From an uncultured Rickettsiales bacterium (lineage in GTDB: Bacteria; Pseudomonadota; Alphaproteobacteria; Rickettsiales; CAZAGG01), in assembly GCA_964439415.1 (NCBI GenBank), contig CAYTOJ010000001.1, positions 3,680 to 38,009 of the forward strand: a DNA stretch of 34,330 bases, read 5' to 3'. Both the position numbers and the translations under genes were made by a program. Of this stretch, positions 8,124-16,602 are shown piece after piece. The notes beneath the pieces are model-generated. The model was not told the origin of the DNA, did not search any database, and saw nothing but the letters and a program-made list of their open reading frames with translations. Within the stretch, counting starts at the first letter, position 1; every line of letters begins with the position of its first letter.

Positions 8124-8849
8124 ATGGCACAAAGAACAGTGCTGGTAACCGGCGGCACACGCGGCATCGGTGAAGCTATTTCAAGAGCGTTCAATGAGGC
8201 GGGCTATAAAGTAGTGGCAAATTATGCCGCTAACGACCGTGCGGCGAAAAAACTACATGATGAAACCGGAATCGCGGTGTATAAGTGGGATGTAGGGAGT
8301 TTTGAGCAATGCGCCCAGAGTGTCGCGCTGATTGAAAAAGAGATTGGCGCAATTGAAATACTTGTGAACAATGCCGGAATCACCCGTGACGCGCCCTTAC
8401 ATAAAATGAGCATGGAGCAGTGGGATGCGGTGATTTCAACCAATTTAACCTCAGCATTCAACATGTGCAAGGTGGTGGTGGATGGAATGCGCAAGCACGG
8501 ATTTGGGCGTATTGTAAACATCAGTTCCATTAACGGGCTATTAGGGCAATTCGGGCAGACCAATTATTCAGCCGCAAAGGCCGGGCTCATCGGCATGACT
8601 AAAGCGCTGGCGCGGGAGACTGCCAGCAAAGGCATCACCGTTAACGCGGTTGCGCCCGGCTATATTGATACTGAAATGGTTCGCGGAGTGCGGGAGGATA
8701 TTCTGGAGAAAATAATCTCCGGCATACCTGTCGGCAGGCTTGGCCGCGCTGATGAAATTGCCCGCTGTGTATTGTTCCTGGCCTGCGACCATGCCGGATT
8801 CATCACCGGTGAGACTATCTCCGCCAACGGCGGCCAGTTAATGGATTAA
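8124..8849 (+). CDS. phbB: Acetoacetyl-CoA reductase (SDR family)
   Basis: 241-aa ORF with TGGTRGIG cofactor motif, NNAGITRD, catalytic S...YSAAK, and PGYIDTEM typical of PhaB/PhbB. AGGA lies 8 nt upstream of the ATG. Confidence 0.88.
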   Translation: MAQRTVLVTGGTRGIGEAISRAFNEAGYKVVANYAANDRAAKKLHDETGIAVYKWDVGSFEQCAQSVALIEKEIGAIEILVNNAGITRDAPLHKMSMEQWDAVISTNLTSAFNMCKVVVDGMRKHGFGRIVNISSINGLLGQFGQTNYSAAKAGLIGMTKALARETASKGITVNAVAPGYIDTEMVRGVREDILEKIISGIPVGRLGRADEIARCVLFLACDHAGFITGETISANGGQLMD

Positions 8850-8910
8850 AAAAACAAATTTTTGTAAAAGATTCGTTTCTTCCTTGAGTGAGTCTTTGTA
8901 TAGTGCGCCT

Positions 8911-9579
8911 ATGCGTACACTGTATCATTCCATTATGTGCCCTCTAAGCCGCAAGGTGCGTATGCTCATGCGTGAAAAGGGCTTGAATTATGAGTTGAAG
9001 GATGAACCATTCTGGGAGCGGCGGGAAGCTTTTCTCAGCATTAATCCTCTAGGCGAAGTTCCCGTGCTGGTGGAGGAGAGCGGTCATGTAATCTGCGATT
9101 CCTACCCGATAATTGAGTATCTGGAGGAGGCCTACCAGCAGAACAATTTTTTAGGCACAACCCCTGGCGAACATGCGGAAGTGCGGCGGATTATATCCTG
9201 GCTGGATAACAAGTTTTATGCTGAAGTTACCCGCCCTCTACTGTTTGAGCGTTACTACGGGCGCTTCATTTTAAGATCACAGGCCAATTCCGAGGTAATC
9301 AGGAACTGCAAGCATAATCTTAAAAATCATCTCGTATATTTCTCCGGCCTTATCCTGCGCCGTGGCTGGCTTGCGGGGGAGCGCATCACCCTGGCTGATC
9401 TGGCGGCGGCTGGTCATGTTTCCTGCCTGGATTATTTTGATGATATAAGCTGGAAGGACTATCCGAAAGTAAAGGAATGGTATTCGGTAATGAAATCACG
9501 CCCATCGCTGCGTTCAATACTGCTTGAGAGGATAAGCGTAATCAAACCCCCTGCGCACTACGAAGACCCGGATTTTTAG
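8911..9579 (+). CDS. Glutathione S-transferase family protein
   Basis: It has a GST N-terminal thioredoxin-like fold (LYHSIMCPLSRKVR, NPLGEVPVL, SYPIIEYLEE) and a helical C-domain. The ORF is open from a TTG at 8884, but I prefer the ATG at 8911. Confidence 0.82.
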   Translation: MRTLYHSIMCPLSRKVRMLMREKGLNYELKDEPFWERREAFLSINPLGEVPVLVEESGHVICDSYPIIEYLEEAYQQNNFLGTTPGEHAEVRRIISWLDNKFYAEVTRPLLFERYYGRFILRSQANSEVIRNCKHNLKNHLVYFSGLILRRGWLAGERITLADLAAAGHVSCLDYFDDISWKDYPKVKEWYSVMKSRPSLRSILLERISVIKPPAHYEDPDF

Positions 9580-9677
9580 ATATCATCATGTGATAGATTT
9601 AGGTTGCTTTACATTTATCTACTAATTATTCTTACCGAATTATTCAATATATTCAATAAAGTATCAGGCAATAAACC

Positions 9678-10991
9678 ATGCAAACTTCCACGGCTCAGAA
9701 GATAGAACGGGACTATAAAGTAGCTGACATTAGTCTTGCTGATGCTGGCAGGCGCGCCATATCACTGGCTGAGACTGAAATGCCGGGCTTAATGGCTCTG
9801 CGCAAGGAGTTTGGTGCACAGAAGCCGTTGCAGGGCGCACGTATAGCGGGATGTCTGCATATGACGGTGGAAACTGCGGTATTGATAGAAACTCTTGCCG
9901 CGCTTGGTGCGGATATAAGGTGGAGTTCATGCAATATATACTCCACACAGGATCATGCGGCGGCAGCTATTGCGGCAACTGGCATACCAGTATTTGCTTG
10001 GAAGAATGAGACTGAAGAAGAATACGAATGGTGCATCATGAAAACCATTTTCGGTGAGAATGGCTGGAAACCTAACATGATTTTAGATGATGGCGGCGAT
10101 CTCACCCAGATGATGCATGATAGATACCCTGAACTTATCAAGGATATCCGTGGCATATCGGAGGAGACTACTACAGGCGTGCGCAGGCTCTATCAGATGG
10201 AAATGGATGGCACGCTCAAATGCCCGGCGATTAACGTGAATGATTCCGTCACCAAGTCCAAGTTCGATAATCTCTACGGCTGCCGGGAAAGTCTGCTGGA
10301 TGGGCTGAAACGCGCAACTGATATAATGATTGCGGGCAAAACTGCGGTAGTGGCAGGCTTCGGCGATGTCGGCAAAGGCTCAGCCGCTGCGCTCAAAGGC
10401 CAGGGTGCGCGGGTTATAGTAACTGAAATTGACCCTATCTGCGCCCTGCAGGCAGCAATGGAAGGCTACGAGGTTACAACCATGGAGGCAGCGGCGGCTC
10501 ACGCCGATATTTTCGTCACCGCGACCGGAAACAACGATATTATTACAATCGAGCATATGCGCCGGATGAAAGACCGGGCGATTATCTGCAATATCGGCCA
10601 TTTTGATAACGAGATTCAAATCAGTGCCTTGCGTAATTTGAAATGGACTGAAGTAAAACCGCAAGTAGACGAAGTGGAATTCCCCGATGGTAAAAGGCTG
10701 ATAGTTCTTGCTAAAGGCCGCCTGGTGAATCTTGGCTGCGCGACCGGCCACCCCAGTTTTGTTATGAGCTTCTCTTTCACTAACCAGGTGCTGGCGCAAA
10801 TGGAGCTTTGGAATAATAACCAGAACTATCAGAACAAAGTTTACGTTCTGCCAAAACGGCTGGATGAGAAAGTGGCCTTCCTGCACCTGGATAAACTGGG
10901 CGTAAAGCTCACCAAACTCACCCCAAGCCAGGCAGGCTACCTGAACATTAAACCGGAAGGCCCCTTTAAGCCAGAGCATTACAGGTATTAA
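9678..10991 (+). CDS. ahcY: Adenosylhomocysteinase
   Basis: 437-aa ORF with [37 protein letters not shown] motif GFGDVGKG, and HFDNEI. Confidence 0.95.
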   Translation: MQTSTAQKIERDYKVADISLADAGRRAISLAETEMPGLMALRKEFGAQKPLQGARIAGCLHMTVETAVLIETLAALGADIRWSSCNIYSTQDHAAAAIAATGIPVFAWKNETEEEYEWCIMKTIFGENGWKPNMILDDGGDLTQMMHDRYPELIKDIRGISEETTTGVRRLYQMEMDGTLKCPAINVNDSVTKSKFDNLYGCRESLLDGLKRATDIMIAGKTAVVAGFGDVGKGSAAALKGQGARVIVTEIDPICALQAAMEGYEVTTMEAAAAHADIFVTATGNNDIITIEHMRRMKDRAIICNIGHFDNEIQISALRNLKWTEVKPQVDEVEFPDGKRLIVLAKGRLVNLGCATGHPSFVMSFSFTNQVLAQMELWNNNQNYQNKVYVLPKRLDEKVAFLHLDKLGVKLTKLTPSQAGYLNIKPEGPFKPEHYRY

Positions 10992-11003
10992 TCGGACACT
11001 GCA

Positions 11004-11522
11004 TTAGTGCATCCGTTTCTTACGCAGGTACACCAGCCATGCGCCCTCACCGCCCAGGTTGGCTGGGGATTTCTGATAGGAACTTATATAATCCGAGAAA
11101 GGCTGTATGGAAATCCACCCGGCGAAGGAGGAAGCTATGGTAGGCTCCCCCCTGCCCTTTCCGGTTATAATGTGCAGGAATCTTTTCTGCCGGGTATAAT
11201 TATCGCGGATGAAATCCAGCAGCAGGCCATAGGCCTTCTCCAGGCTGGCTCCGTGCAGGTCAAGCACGGCATCGGGCTTGCGTTTGTTTTTTCTTAGCTC
11301 CCTTAAAACACTCTCCTGCAAACCATCCTGGGGAACATGGGCAGTTTTGGGCGGCTCCAGTTGCAGCGTTTGCCGCTTGCGCACCACCACCTTTTCTGCC
11401 TTAACTTCAGCAGCCACACGCTTAGCAGCCTTCAGGCGTTCCGTACTGCTGGTCGCCCTGATCCACTCATCACCGTCATCATCATCTATACCGCTGCCAT
11501 CTGAAGTGCCACAATTTTTCAT
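11004..11522 (-). CDS. Smr domain-containing protein
   Basis: 172-aa ORF with a C-terminal Smr domain (LDLHG..L..A...L..F, IITGKGRG). Confidence 0.82.
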   Translation of the reverse strand: MKNCGTSDGSGIDDDDGDEWIRATSSTERLKAAKRVAAEVKAEKVVVRKRQTLQLEPPKTAHVPQDGLQESVLRELRKNKRKPDAVLDLHGASLEKAYGLLLDFIRDNYTRQKRFLHIITGKGRGEPTIASSFAGWISIQPFSDYISSYQKSPANLGGEGAWLVYLRKKRMH

Positions 11523-11648
11523 GTCACTCCGGCGGTATATTTTTTATTTGTTGAGGGGGGCGCACCCCCCGGCCTACAGCCTCCCCCCTTCGCGCTGGCG
11601 CAGGTCGCTACGCTCCAAGAAGGCAACTCTTGAAATGCGAGAGGCATA

Positions 11649-13541
11649 TTAGAATCCATACTCATTCCCGGCTATCGCCTTGAATTCCAGTGTTTTTGGC
11701 AGAAGCACATACATATTCCCCGCCTGCTTCATATATCCCGCTTTCTCCGCCGCTAAAGCACCATTGCCCCAGAAGTAGTCCAGCCGGGTGGGGCCTTTAA
11801 TTGCGCCGCCGGTATCCTGCGCTATCAGCAGGGCGGTAAGCTTGCTTGCCGGGTAGCTTGGAGTCTCCGGTATTGAGGAATTCAGGAATATGGGCACACC
11901 GTAGGCAATGAAGTTTTTATCCACCGCCACTGAGCGCTGCGGCGTGAGCGGCAAGCCTTGCGCCCCTACTGGCGGGGTGGTGCGCTCCTCAAAAAATACA
12001 TATGAAGGGTTACTTTCCATAACTTCCCTGGCCATTGCGGGATTATTCCGGAGCCAGTTGATTATCGCCGGGGCGTTCAAATGCTCCCGCTCTAGTTCAC
12101 CCATATCCACCGGCGTTGCACCGATAGGGTGGTATTCATGGCCGTTCTGCGCGGCAAAACCTATGCGCTGCTTCGTTCCATCAGGAAATAACAGCCTGCC
12201 GGAGCCTTGTATCTCCATGAAAAAAACCTCTACCGGGTCTGCCGCCCAGGCAATCTCCAGCCCTTGCCCGTCTAAAACGCCGCTATTAATCTCTGCCCGG
12301 CTATAATATGGCAGGCTTAAATCAGATGGTTTGCGGTAAATCGGGTGGGAATATTCAGGCGTTTTAACCCGGCTGGCTTTAACGTCTATCTCGTAATATC
12401 CGGTAATTAAACCCTTGGCTTCGCCGTTATTGGTGACTGCGTAGGGGGAGAAATAATACTCAAAGAAACGCCTGGCATTTGTACCGCTGTAATTATTTGA
12501 TGCCGCCGCCTGGCAAGCAGAAGCCCAGTGCGATACTGTTCCCATCTCTACTGCCGCGCCTATATTATCCTCCGGGCTTTTTGCCAGCAGCTTGCCGCAG
12601 GATTCTTTAAACGGCGGCAGAGCAGCTTCCACAGCATCATCACGCCATCCCGGAATATCGGCAAAGTCGGCTCTTGTCAGCTCCATATGATCCGGCCTCT
12701 TTACGGCACATGATGCCAGAAACAGTAGCCCTAGGGTTATCAGTGCTTTGTTTATGTTATTCTTAATATTGGATTTCATTAATGCCTCCCGCACTTTCGC
12801 CAGCCTTATGGTTTTGGAGAATGAATATATCCACGCCTGGATGAATCCATCAAGCCCGTAAAGTATAAACCGCCGGATAAAATACGCCTTAAAGAATGCG
12901 GTGAAAGGCTCAGTTAAAACCCTCAGCAGCGTTGGCGCGGGTTTTCCCCTTCTAATCCAGTCCTCCGCCTGCATAGTGGTGTATGAGTTTATCTTTGCAG
13001 TCTCATGGGCATAACCCCGGAAACTTCTGTGATATACCAGGCTTTTCAGGTGTTTGAGGCTCCCTTCCCTCACCACTACTGAATCATGAACGGTGGAATC
13101 ACGGAAGCCCGCTTTTGTTTTGTTGTAAAAGCGAATGGCGCGGGTTTTAACGCAGTAGCGGCGTGGGTTTTCCTCACCGGGCAGCATCAATGCGCAATCC
13201 ACCGAGAAAGCAGCAATGCTTGAATTGGTTGTAAGGCTTGGAAAAAGCGCGGTTATTTCACTGACTAATTCCGCGCTGGCGGCCTCATCTGCATCCAGGT
13301 TCAGTATCCAGTCATTACGGCAAAGCGATTCACCGAATATCTTCTGCGCACCGTAACCGCGCCACTGGTTGAACTCCACCCGCGCACCCAAAGCGGCGGC
13401 AACTTCTATGGTGTCATCCTCACTACCGCTGTCAATAACTATAACCTCATCCACCCAGCCAATCACCGATTCTATGGTTCTGGCTATCCTGTCCGCCTCA
13501 TTCTTAGCGATAATAAATATGGATACTGGCAGGCGATTCAC
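11649..13541 (-). CDS. mltA: Single 630-aa ORF joining a family-2 glycosyltransferase (aa 1-254) to murein lytic transglycosylase MltA (aa 255-630)
   Basis: The N-terminal part is GT2 (IIAKNEADRIARTIES, VIVIDSGSEDDT, LDADE). The C-terminal part is MltA (GYYEI, GSGRLLFPDGT..IGFAAQNGHEY.PIG, NPSYVFF, SVAVD, IAQDTGGAIKGP.RLDYFWG). The internal ATG at 12779 is preceded by GGGAGG and followed by a lipoprotein signal (LLFLASC). Confidence 0.85.
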   Translation of the reverse strand: MNRLPVSIFIIAKNEADRIARTIESVIGWVDEVIVIDSGSEDDTIEVAAALGARVEFNQWRGYGAQKIFGESLCRNDWILNLDADEAASAELVSEITALFPSLTTNSSIAAFSVDCALMLPGEENPRRYCVKTRAIRFYNKTKAGFRDSTVHDSVVVREGSLKHLKSLVYHRSFRGYAHETAKINSYTTMQAEDWIRRGKPAPTLLRVLTEPFTAFFKAYFIRRFILYGLDGFIQAWIYSFSKTIRLAKVREALMKSNIKNNINKALITLGLLFLASCAVKRPDHMELTRADFADIPGWRDDAVEAALPPFKESCGKLLAKSPEDNIGAAVEMGTVSHWASACQAAASNNYSGTNARRFFEYYFSPYAVTNNGEAKGLITGYYEIDVKASRVKTPEYSHPIYRKPSDLSLPYYSRAEINSGVLDGQGLEIAWAADPVEVFFMEIQGSGRLLFPDGTKQRIGFAAQNGHEYHPIGATPVDMGELEREHLNAPAIINWLRNNPAMAREVMESNPSYVFFEERTTPPVGAQGLPLTPQRSVAVDKNFIAYGVPIFLNSSIPETPSYPASKLTALLIAQDTGGAIKGPTRLDYFWGNGALAAEKAGYMKQAGNMYVLLPKTLEFKAIAGNEYGF

Positions 13542-13661
13542 TGATACCTCAACGGAACGATGATTTTGGTTAATATTTTAACCTTCAAAAAATTGTTACA
13601 ACATACTGTATAACAACATTCAGGCAATAGAAGTAAAATTGGCTGTCAAAAACGAATAGTA

Positions 13662-13690
13662 TTGACCAGAATTTGTGCGTATGCTATTGT
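13662..13690 (+). promoter_or_regulatory. Candidate sigma70-type promoter of the toxin-antitoxin operon
   Basis: TTGACC (13662-13667), a 17-nt spacer, then TATTGT (13685-13690). AAGGA and the ATG at 13713 follow. Confidence 0.4.
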
Positions 13691-13712
13691 CATACAAAGA
13701 AGGATTCTATTT

Positions 13713-13985
13713 ATGTTGGAGAATGCAGCCACAGCCGTCCTGAGTGTGCGCGTCAGCCCCAATGAGCGTATACTGCTTGAGATGGCGGCAGAACAATCAC
13801 GCACCACGCTCAGTGATTTTATCCGCCGCAAGGCAATAGAAGCGGCAGAGGCTGATGTGCTTGAGCAGAAAACTTTTATTATTGCCGCCGCTGACTGGGA
13901 AAAGTTTGAGGCATGGGCTAATTCCCCCGCTAAAGATGTGCCACCCCTGCGAACTCTTGCAGCTACGCGCCCTGCATGGCAATAA
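13713..13985 (+). CDS. Type II antitoxin, DUF1778/TacA-like ribbon-helix-helix
   Basis: LSVRVSP.ER.LLE.AAEQS..TLSDFIRR.A.EAAE is typical of DUF1778 antitoxins paired with GNAT toxins. The ORF is open from 13662, but the ATG at 13713 has an SD. It overlaps the next gene by 10 nt (ATGGCAATAA). Confidence 0.82.
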   Translation: MLENAATAVLSVRVSPNERILLEMAAEQSRTTLSDFIRRKAIEAAEADVLEQKTFIIAAADWEKFEAWANSPAKDVPPLRTLAATRPAWQ

Positions 13986-14485
13986 TACAGCCACCCCGCC
14001 GACTTACTTCAACGGATGATCGAAGTTCATTTGATTGTGGCCGGGAATCTATGAATCACTGGTTTCGCCGCCATGCCTGGCACAATCATGAATCCGGAGT
14101 ATCTCGCATCAGTGTGGTAAGCGATAGCATCACCGACCAGATCGCTGGTTATGTTAGCCTCTCAGCGGCGCAGATTGAACGCGAACATTTTCCTAAAGCC
14201 CAGCAACGCAACCAGCCAAATCCCATACCTGCATTGCTTATAGGCCAACTTGCCGTTGATAAACGCTACCAAGGACAGGGGATTGCACGCTCACTCATGT
14301 TTTTTGCACTCTCAACTATAGTGCGTCTATCCAAGGAAATCGGCTGTTTCTGTGTACTTACACATCCACTTGATGATGGCGTCCGCGCATTCTACCGCGA
14401 TTTTGGATTTGAAGACTTACCTTTCGACCCGCGCCATAGCATGGTCATTCGTATCAAAGAACTTGAGAATAACGGATTTTCTTAA
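13976..14485 (+). CDS. GNAT-family acetyltransferase toxin (TacT/KacT-like)
   Basis: 169-aa ORF with an N-terminal L..DDRSSFDCG.ESMN.W motif and a GNAT core (LIGQLAVDKRYQGQGIARSLM, FY..FGF). It is coupled to a DUF1778 gene. Confidence 0.82.
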   Translation: MAIIQPPRRLTSTDDRSSFDCGRESMNHWFRRHAWHNHESGVSRISVVSDSITDQIAGYVSLSAAQIEREHFPKAQQRNQPNPIPALLIGQLAVDKRYQGQGIARSLMFFALSTIVRLSKEIGCFCVLTHPLDDGVRAFYRDFGFEDLPFDPRHSMVIRIKELENNGFS

Positions 14486-14826
14486 CGTGCGAATTTGTTT
14501 ATAAGCAATTCAAGCAGCTTTGCAGGCAGCGGAATATACAAAGCATCCGTGCAACCAATTTTAATAGCTTCCAGGATATTCTCACTGCTGTCATGCGGCT
14601 TTAAAAGCAGAATTATTTTTAATTCTCGCCTGGATTGCAATAGCTTACGAGTAATTTCCCGCCAGCCAGCCAATGCCTCAAGAAAAACCAGATTCACGCC
14701 TGCACCAGAGCCGTGCAGGAAATTCAAATAATCATCATTCTCCAGCAGGGTGGTAAAACTTATGCCTGCCTCTGCGAAGGGCGGATCAAAGTGGTTTATG
14801 GTATTGCCCAAGATAAGGGCTTGCAT
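14482..14826 (-). CDS. Stand-alone receiver-like (pseudo-receiver) protein, degenerate phospho-acceptor pocket
   Basis: The 114-aa ORF aligns by eye to the CheY-like (beta-alpha)5 pattern. The acidic pair is GN, the acceptor position is E (LVFLEAL), and the conserved K is I (ALYIPLP). Confidence 0.45.
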   Translation of the reverse strand: MQALILGNTINHFDPPFAEAGISFTTLLENDDYLNFLHGSGAGVNLVFLEALAGWREITRKLLQSRRELKIILLLKPHDSSENILEAIKIGCTDALYIPLPAKLLELLINKFAR

Positions 14827-15015
14827 GTTTGCACTACAATGATGATTTTAATAATCAAATGAGTAAACGCATGAATCTTTTTGTAAAGCGCAATTTCGAG
14901 CTTGCCTAAGCCTGACTTATAGCCCTTAGCGGTTGCTTCTTTATGTAGAGCGTGGACTTACATATTGATATAGCGCGTTATTTCAAACAGATTACAAATA
15001 ACCTTCCACAACGCG

Positions 15016-15774
15016 CTATAGGTTATTCAGTGTTTTAAGCGTATCATAATCAGTGAGATTAATGCTTATAGGCGTTATGGTGACGTAGTTGCGGCTGATA
15101 GCCTCAATATCACTTTCTGCAACCACAACACTGTGGCGGTTGCTGCCGCCTATCCAGTAATATGGCTTGCCTCTGGGGTCACGGCACATGGTGACGTTCT
15201 CCCCTATACTGCGAACCCCCTGCGGGGCGGCTATGATTCCCGCAACTTTATCCGGTGGACAGTCCGGGAAGTTAACGTTCATAAGAACATGTTCAGGCCA
15301 TTTCAGATGCAGCAGCTTTTTTATAACTTGCGGGGCATACCGCTCCGCCGTTGCCCAATGAATCGGTTTATGATCAGTAAAACTCTGGCTGAGGGCGATT
15401 GATGGTATGCCAAGCAGCGTCCCCTCCATCGCGGCGGCTACAGTTCCTGAATAGGTTACATCCTCCCCCAGGTTAGACCCCCGGTTAACGCCGGATAGAA
15501 GGAGTTCCGGCCTTTTCATTCGCGTAGAGAACAGCGCCTTGCAGGCCACCAGTACCGAATCAGTAGGCGTACCGCTGATAGCATATTTCCTGCGGCTTAC
15601 CTGGCGCATCCGCACTGGCAGATGCATGGACAGGGAGTGGGAGGTTCCGCTCTGCTCAGTCTCCGGCGCGGCTATCCATACATCCTTACTGAAATGCTCC
15701 GCTATATTCTGCAGAACTTTAAGGCCTGGAGCATTTACTCCGTCATCATTGGAGAGCAATATACGCAAATTCAC
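15016..15774 (-). CDS. surE: 5'/3'-nucleotidase SurE
   Basis: 252-aa ORF with ILLSNDDG..APG, SGTPTD and SG.N.G.N.G.DV.YSGTV.AAMEG. Confidence 0.93.
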   Translation of the reverse strand: MNLRILLSNDDGVNAPGLKVLQNIAEHFSKDVWIAAPETEQSGTSHSLSMHLPVRMRQVSRRKYAISGTPTDSVLVACKALFSTRMKRPELLLSGVNRGSNLGEDVTYSGTVAAAMEGTLLGIPSIALSQSFTDHKPIHWATAERYAPQVIKKLLHLKWPEHVLMNVNFPDCPPDKVAGIIAAPQGVRSIGENVTMCRDPRGKPYYWIGGSNRHSVVVAESDIEAISRNYVTITPISINLTDYDTLKTLNNL

Positions 15775-16265
15775 CCGAAATATTTGATAGCTACCAGCAA
15801 CCCACCCAGGGCGAATATCATACTGCCGATTTTAAGGAGCAACTGGTTTATCTTATTGTCAATATCCTGACGCAAGGATTTAAAACCTGAATCCATCTCC
15901 TGGCGGATGGACTTAAAGTTAGCATCCATCTCCTGCCTTATGGCTTTGAATTCAGAATACATTTCCTGACGGATGGATTTGAAGCCAGCGTCCATTTCCT
16001 GACGGATGGATTTGAATTCGGTCGCAACCTCCTGCTTAAAGAGTGTCATTTCCTCTTTAAAGGAGAACAGGCCTGACTTCAAACCATACGTATCTGTTTT
16101 TAGTTCTATGAATTCGTCTTTCTTGACTAATGCCGCATCATTTTCCTTACGTATATCCGTTATATATGAAGCGATTACTACCGCCTGCTCCTCAGGCATA
16201 CCTAGGGCGGTGATGGACTTCACAAATTCGTATCTATCCGGACTGCTGTTGCTGGCGCTACTCAT
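15771..16265 (-). CDS. DUF1640-like coiled-coil protein with five 11-aa repeats and a C-terminal membrane anchor
   Basis: 164-aa ORF with N-terminal YEFVKSITALGMPEEQA (DUF1640-type), then (E/G/N)FKSIRQEMD(A/S) x5, and a C-terminal hydrophobic helix. It overlaps surE by 4 nt. Confidence 0.7.
   Translation of the reverse strand: MSSASNSSPDRYEFVKSITALGMPEEQAVVIASYITDIRKENDAALVKKDEFIELKTDTYGLKSGLFSFKEEMTLFKQEVATEFKSIRQEMDAGFKSIRQEMYSEFKAIRQEMDANFKSIRQEMDSGFKSLRQDIDNKINQLLLKIGSMIFALGGLLVAIKYFG
15855..16019. repeat. Five tandem 33-bp coding repeats
   Basis: The repeats encode EFKSIRQEMDA / GFKSIRQEMYS / EFKAIRQEMDA / NFKSIRQEMDS / GFKSLRQDIDN (residues 83-137 of the 164-aa ORF). Confidence 0.9.
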
Positions 16266-16275
16266 AATACATTGG

Positions 16276-16303
16276 ATTATAGCATAATATAACCACTAAT
16301 CAA
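16276..16303 (-). promoter_or_regulatory. Candidate promoter for the DUF1640-like/surE unit
   Basis: On the minus strand there is TTGATT (16303-16298), a 16-nt spacer and TATAAT (16281-16276). Only 10 nt separate the -10 box from the ATG at 16265 and there is no SD, so the mRNA may be leaderless. Confidence 0.35.
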
Positions 16304-16602
16304 TCCCCATGCTTGTCACATTTCATGAAGTAGATTTCATAAACAACCTCTAAGAGGTTGTTGTCGATTTCGCTATAGCGTCAGCGAAAACGGCAGTTTT
16401 CGAGAGTCCAGCGTTTAGAAAACAGCGAAGCTGTTTTTAGCGCAGACGAAGTTCCAGTGTATTCTACATACATGAAACTTGGTCAGCGCAGACAAATGAC
16501 GCAGGCACTTTCGTGCCGAGTAATTTGCAGCGCAGCGACATAAGTCGCTTAAGCAAAAAATGCCGTTTGCAGCAAGCTAGAGTAGAAATCGGCAAAAACC
16601 TC

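Noticed and set aside
9580-9677. Possible SAH riboswitch upstream of ahcY
   Set aside because: The leader is AT-rich and I could not see the GC-rich pseudoknot core expected of SAH riboswitches. An Rfam scan would be needed to revive this.
10380-10979. 199-aa ORF antisense to ahcY
   Set aside because: This is a shadow ORF inside a strongly supported CDS, with no recognisable motifs.
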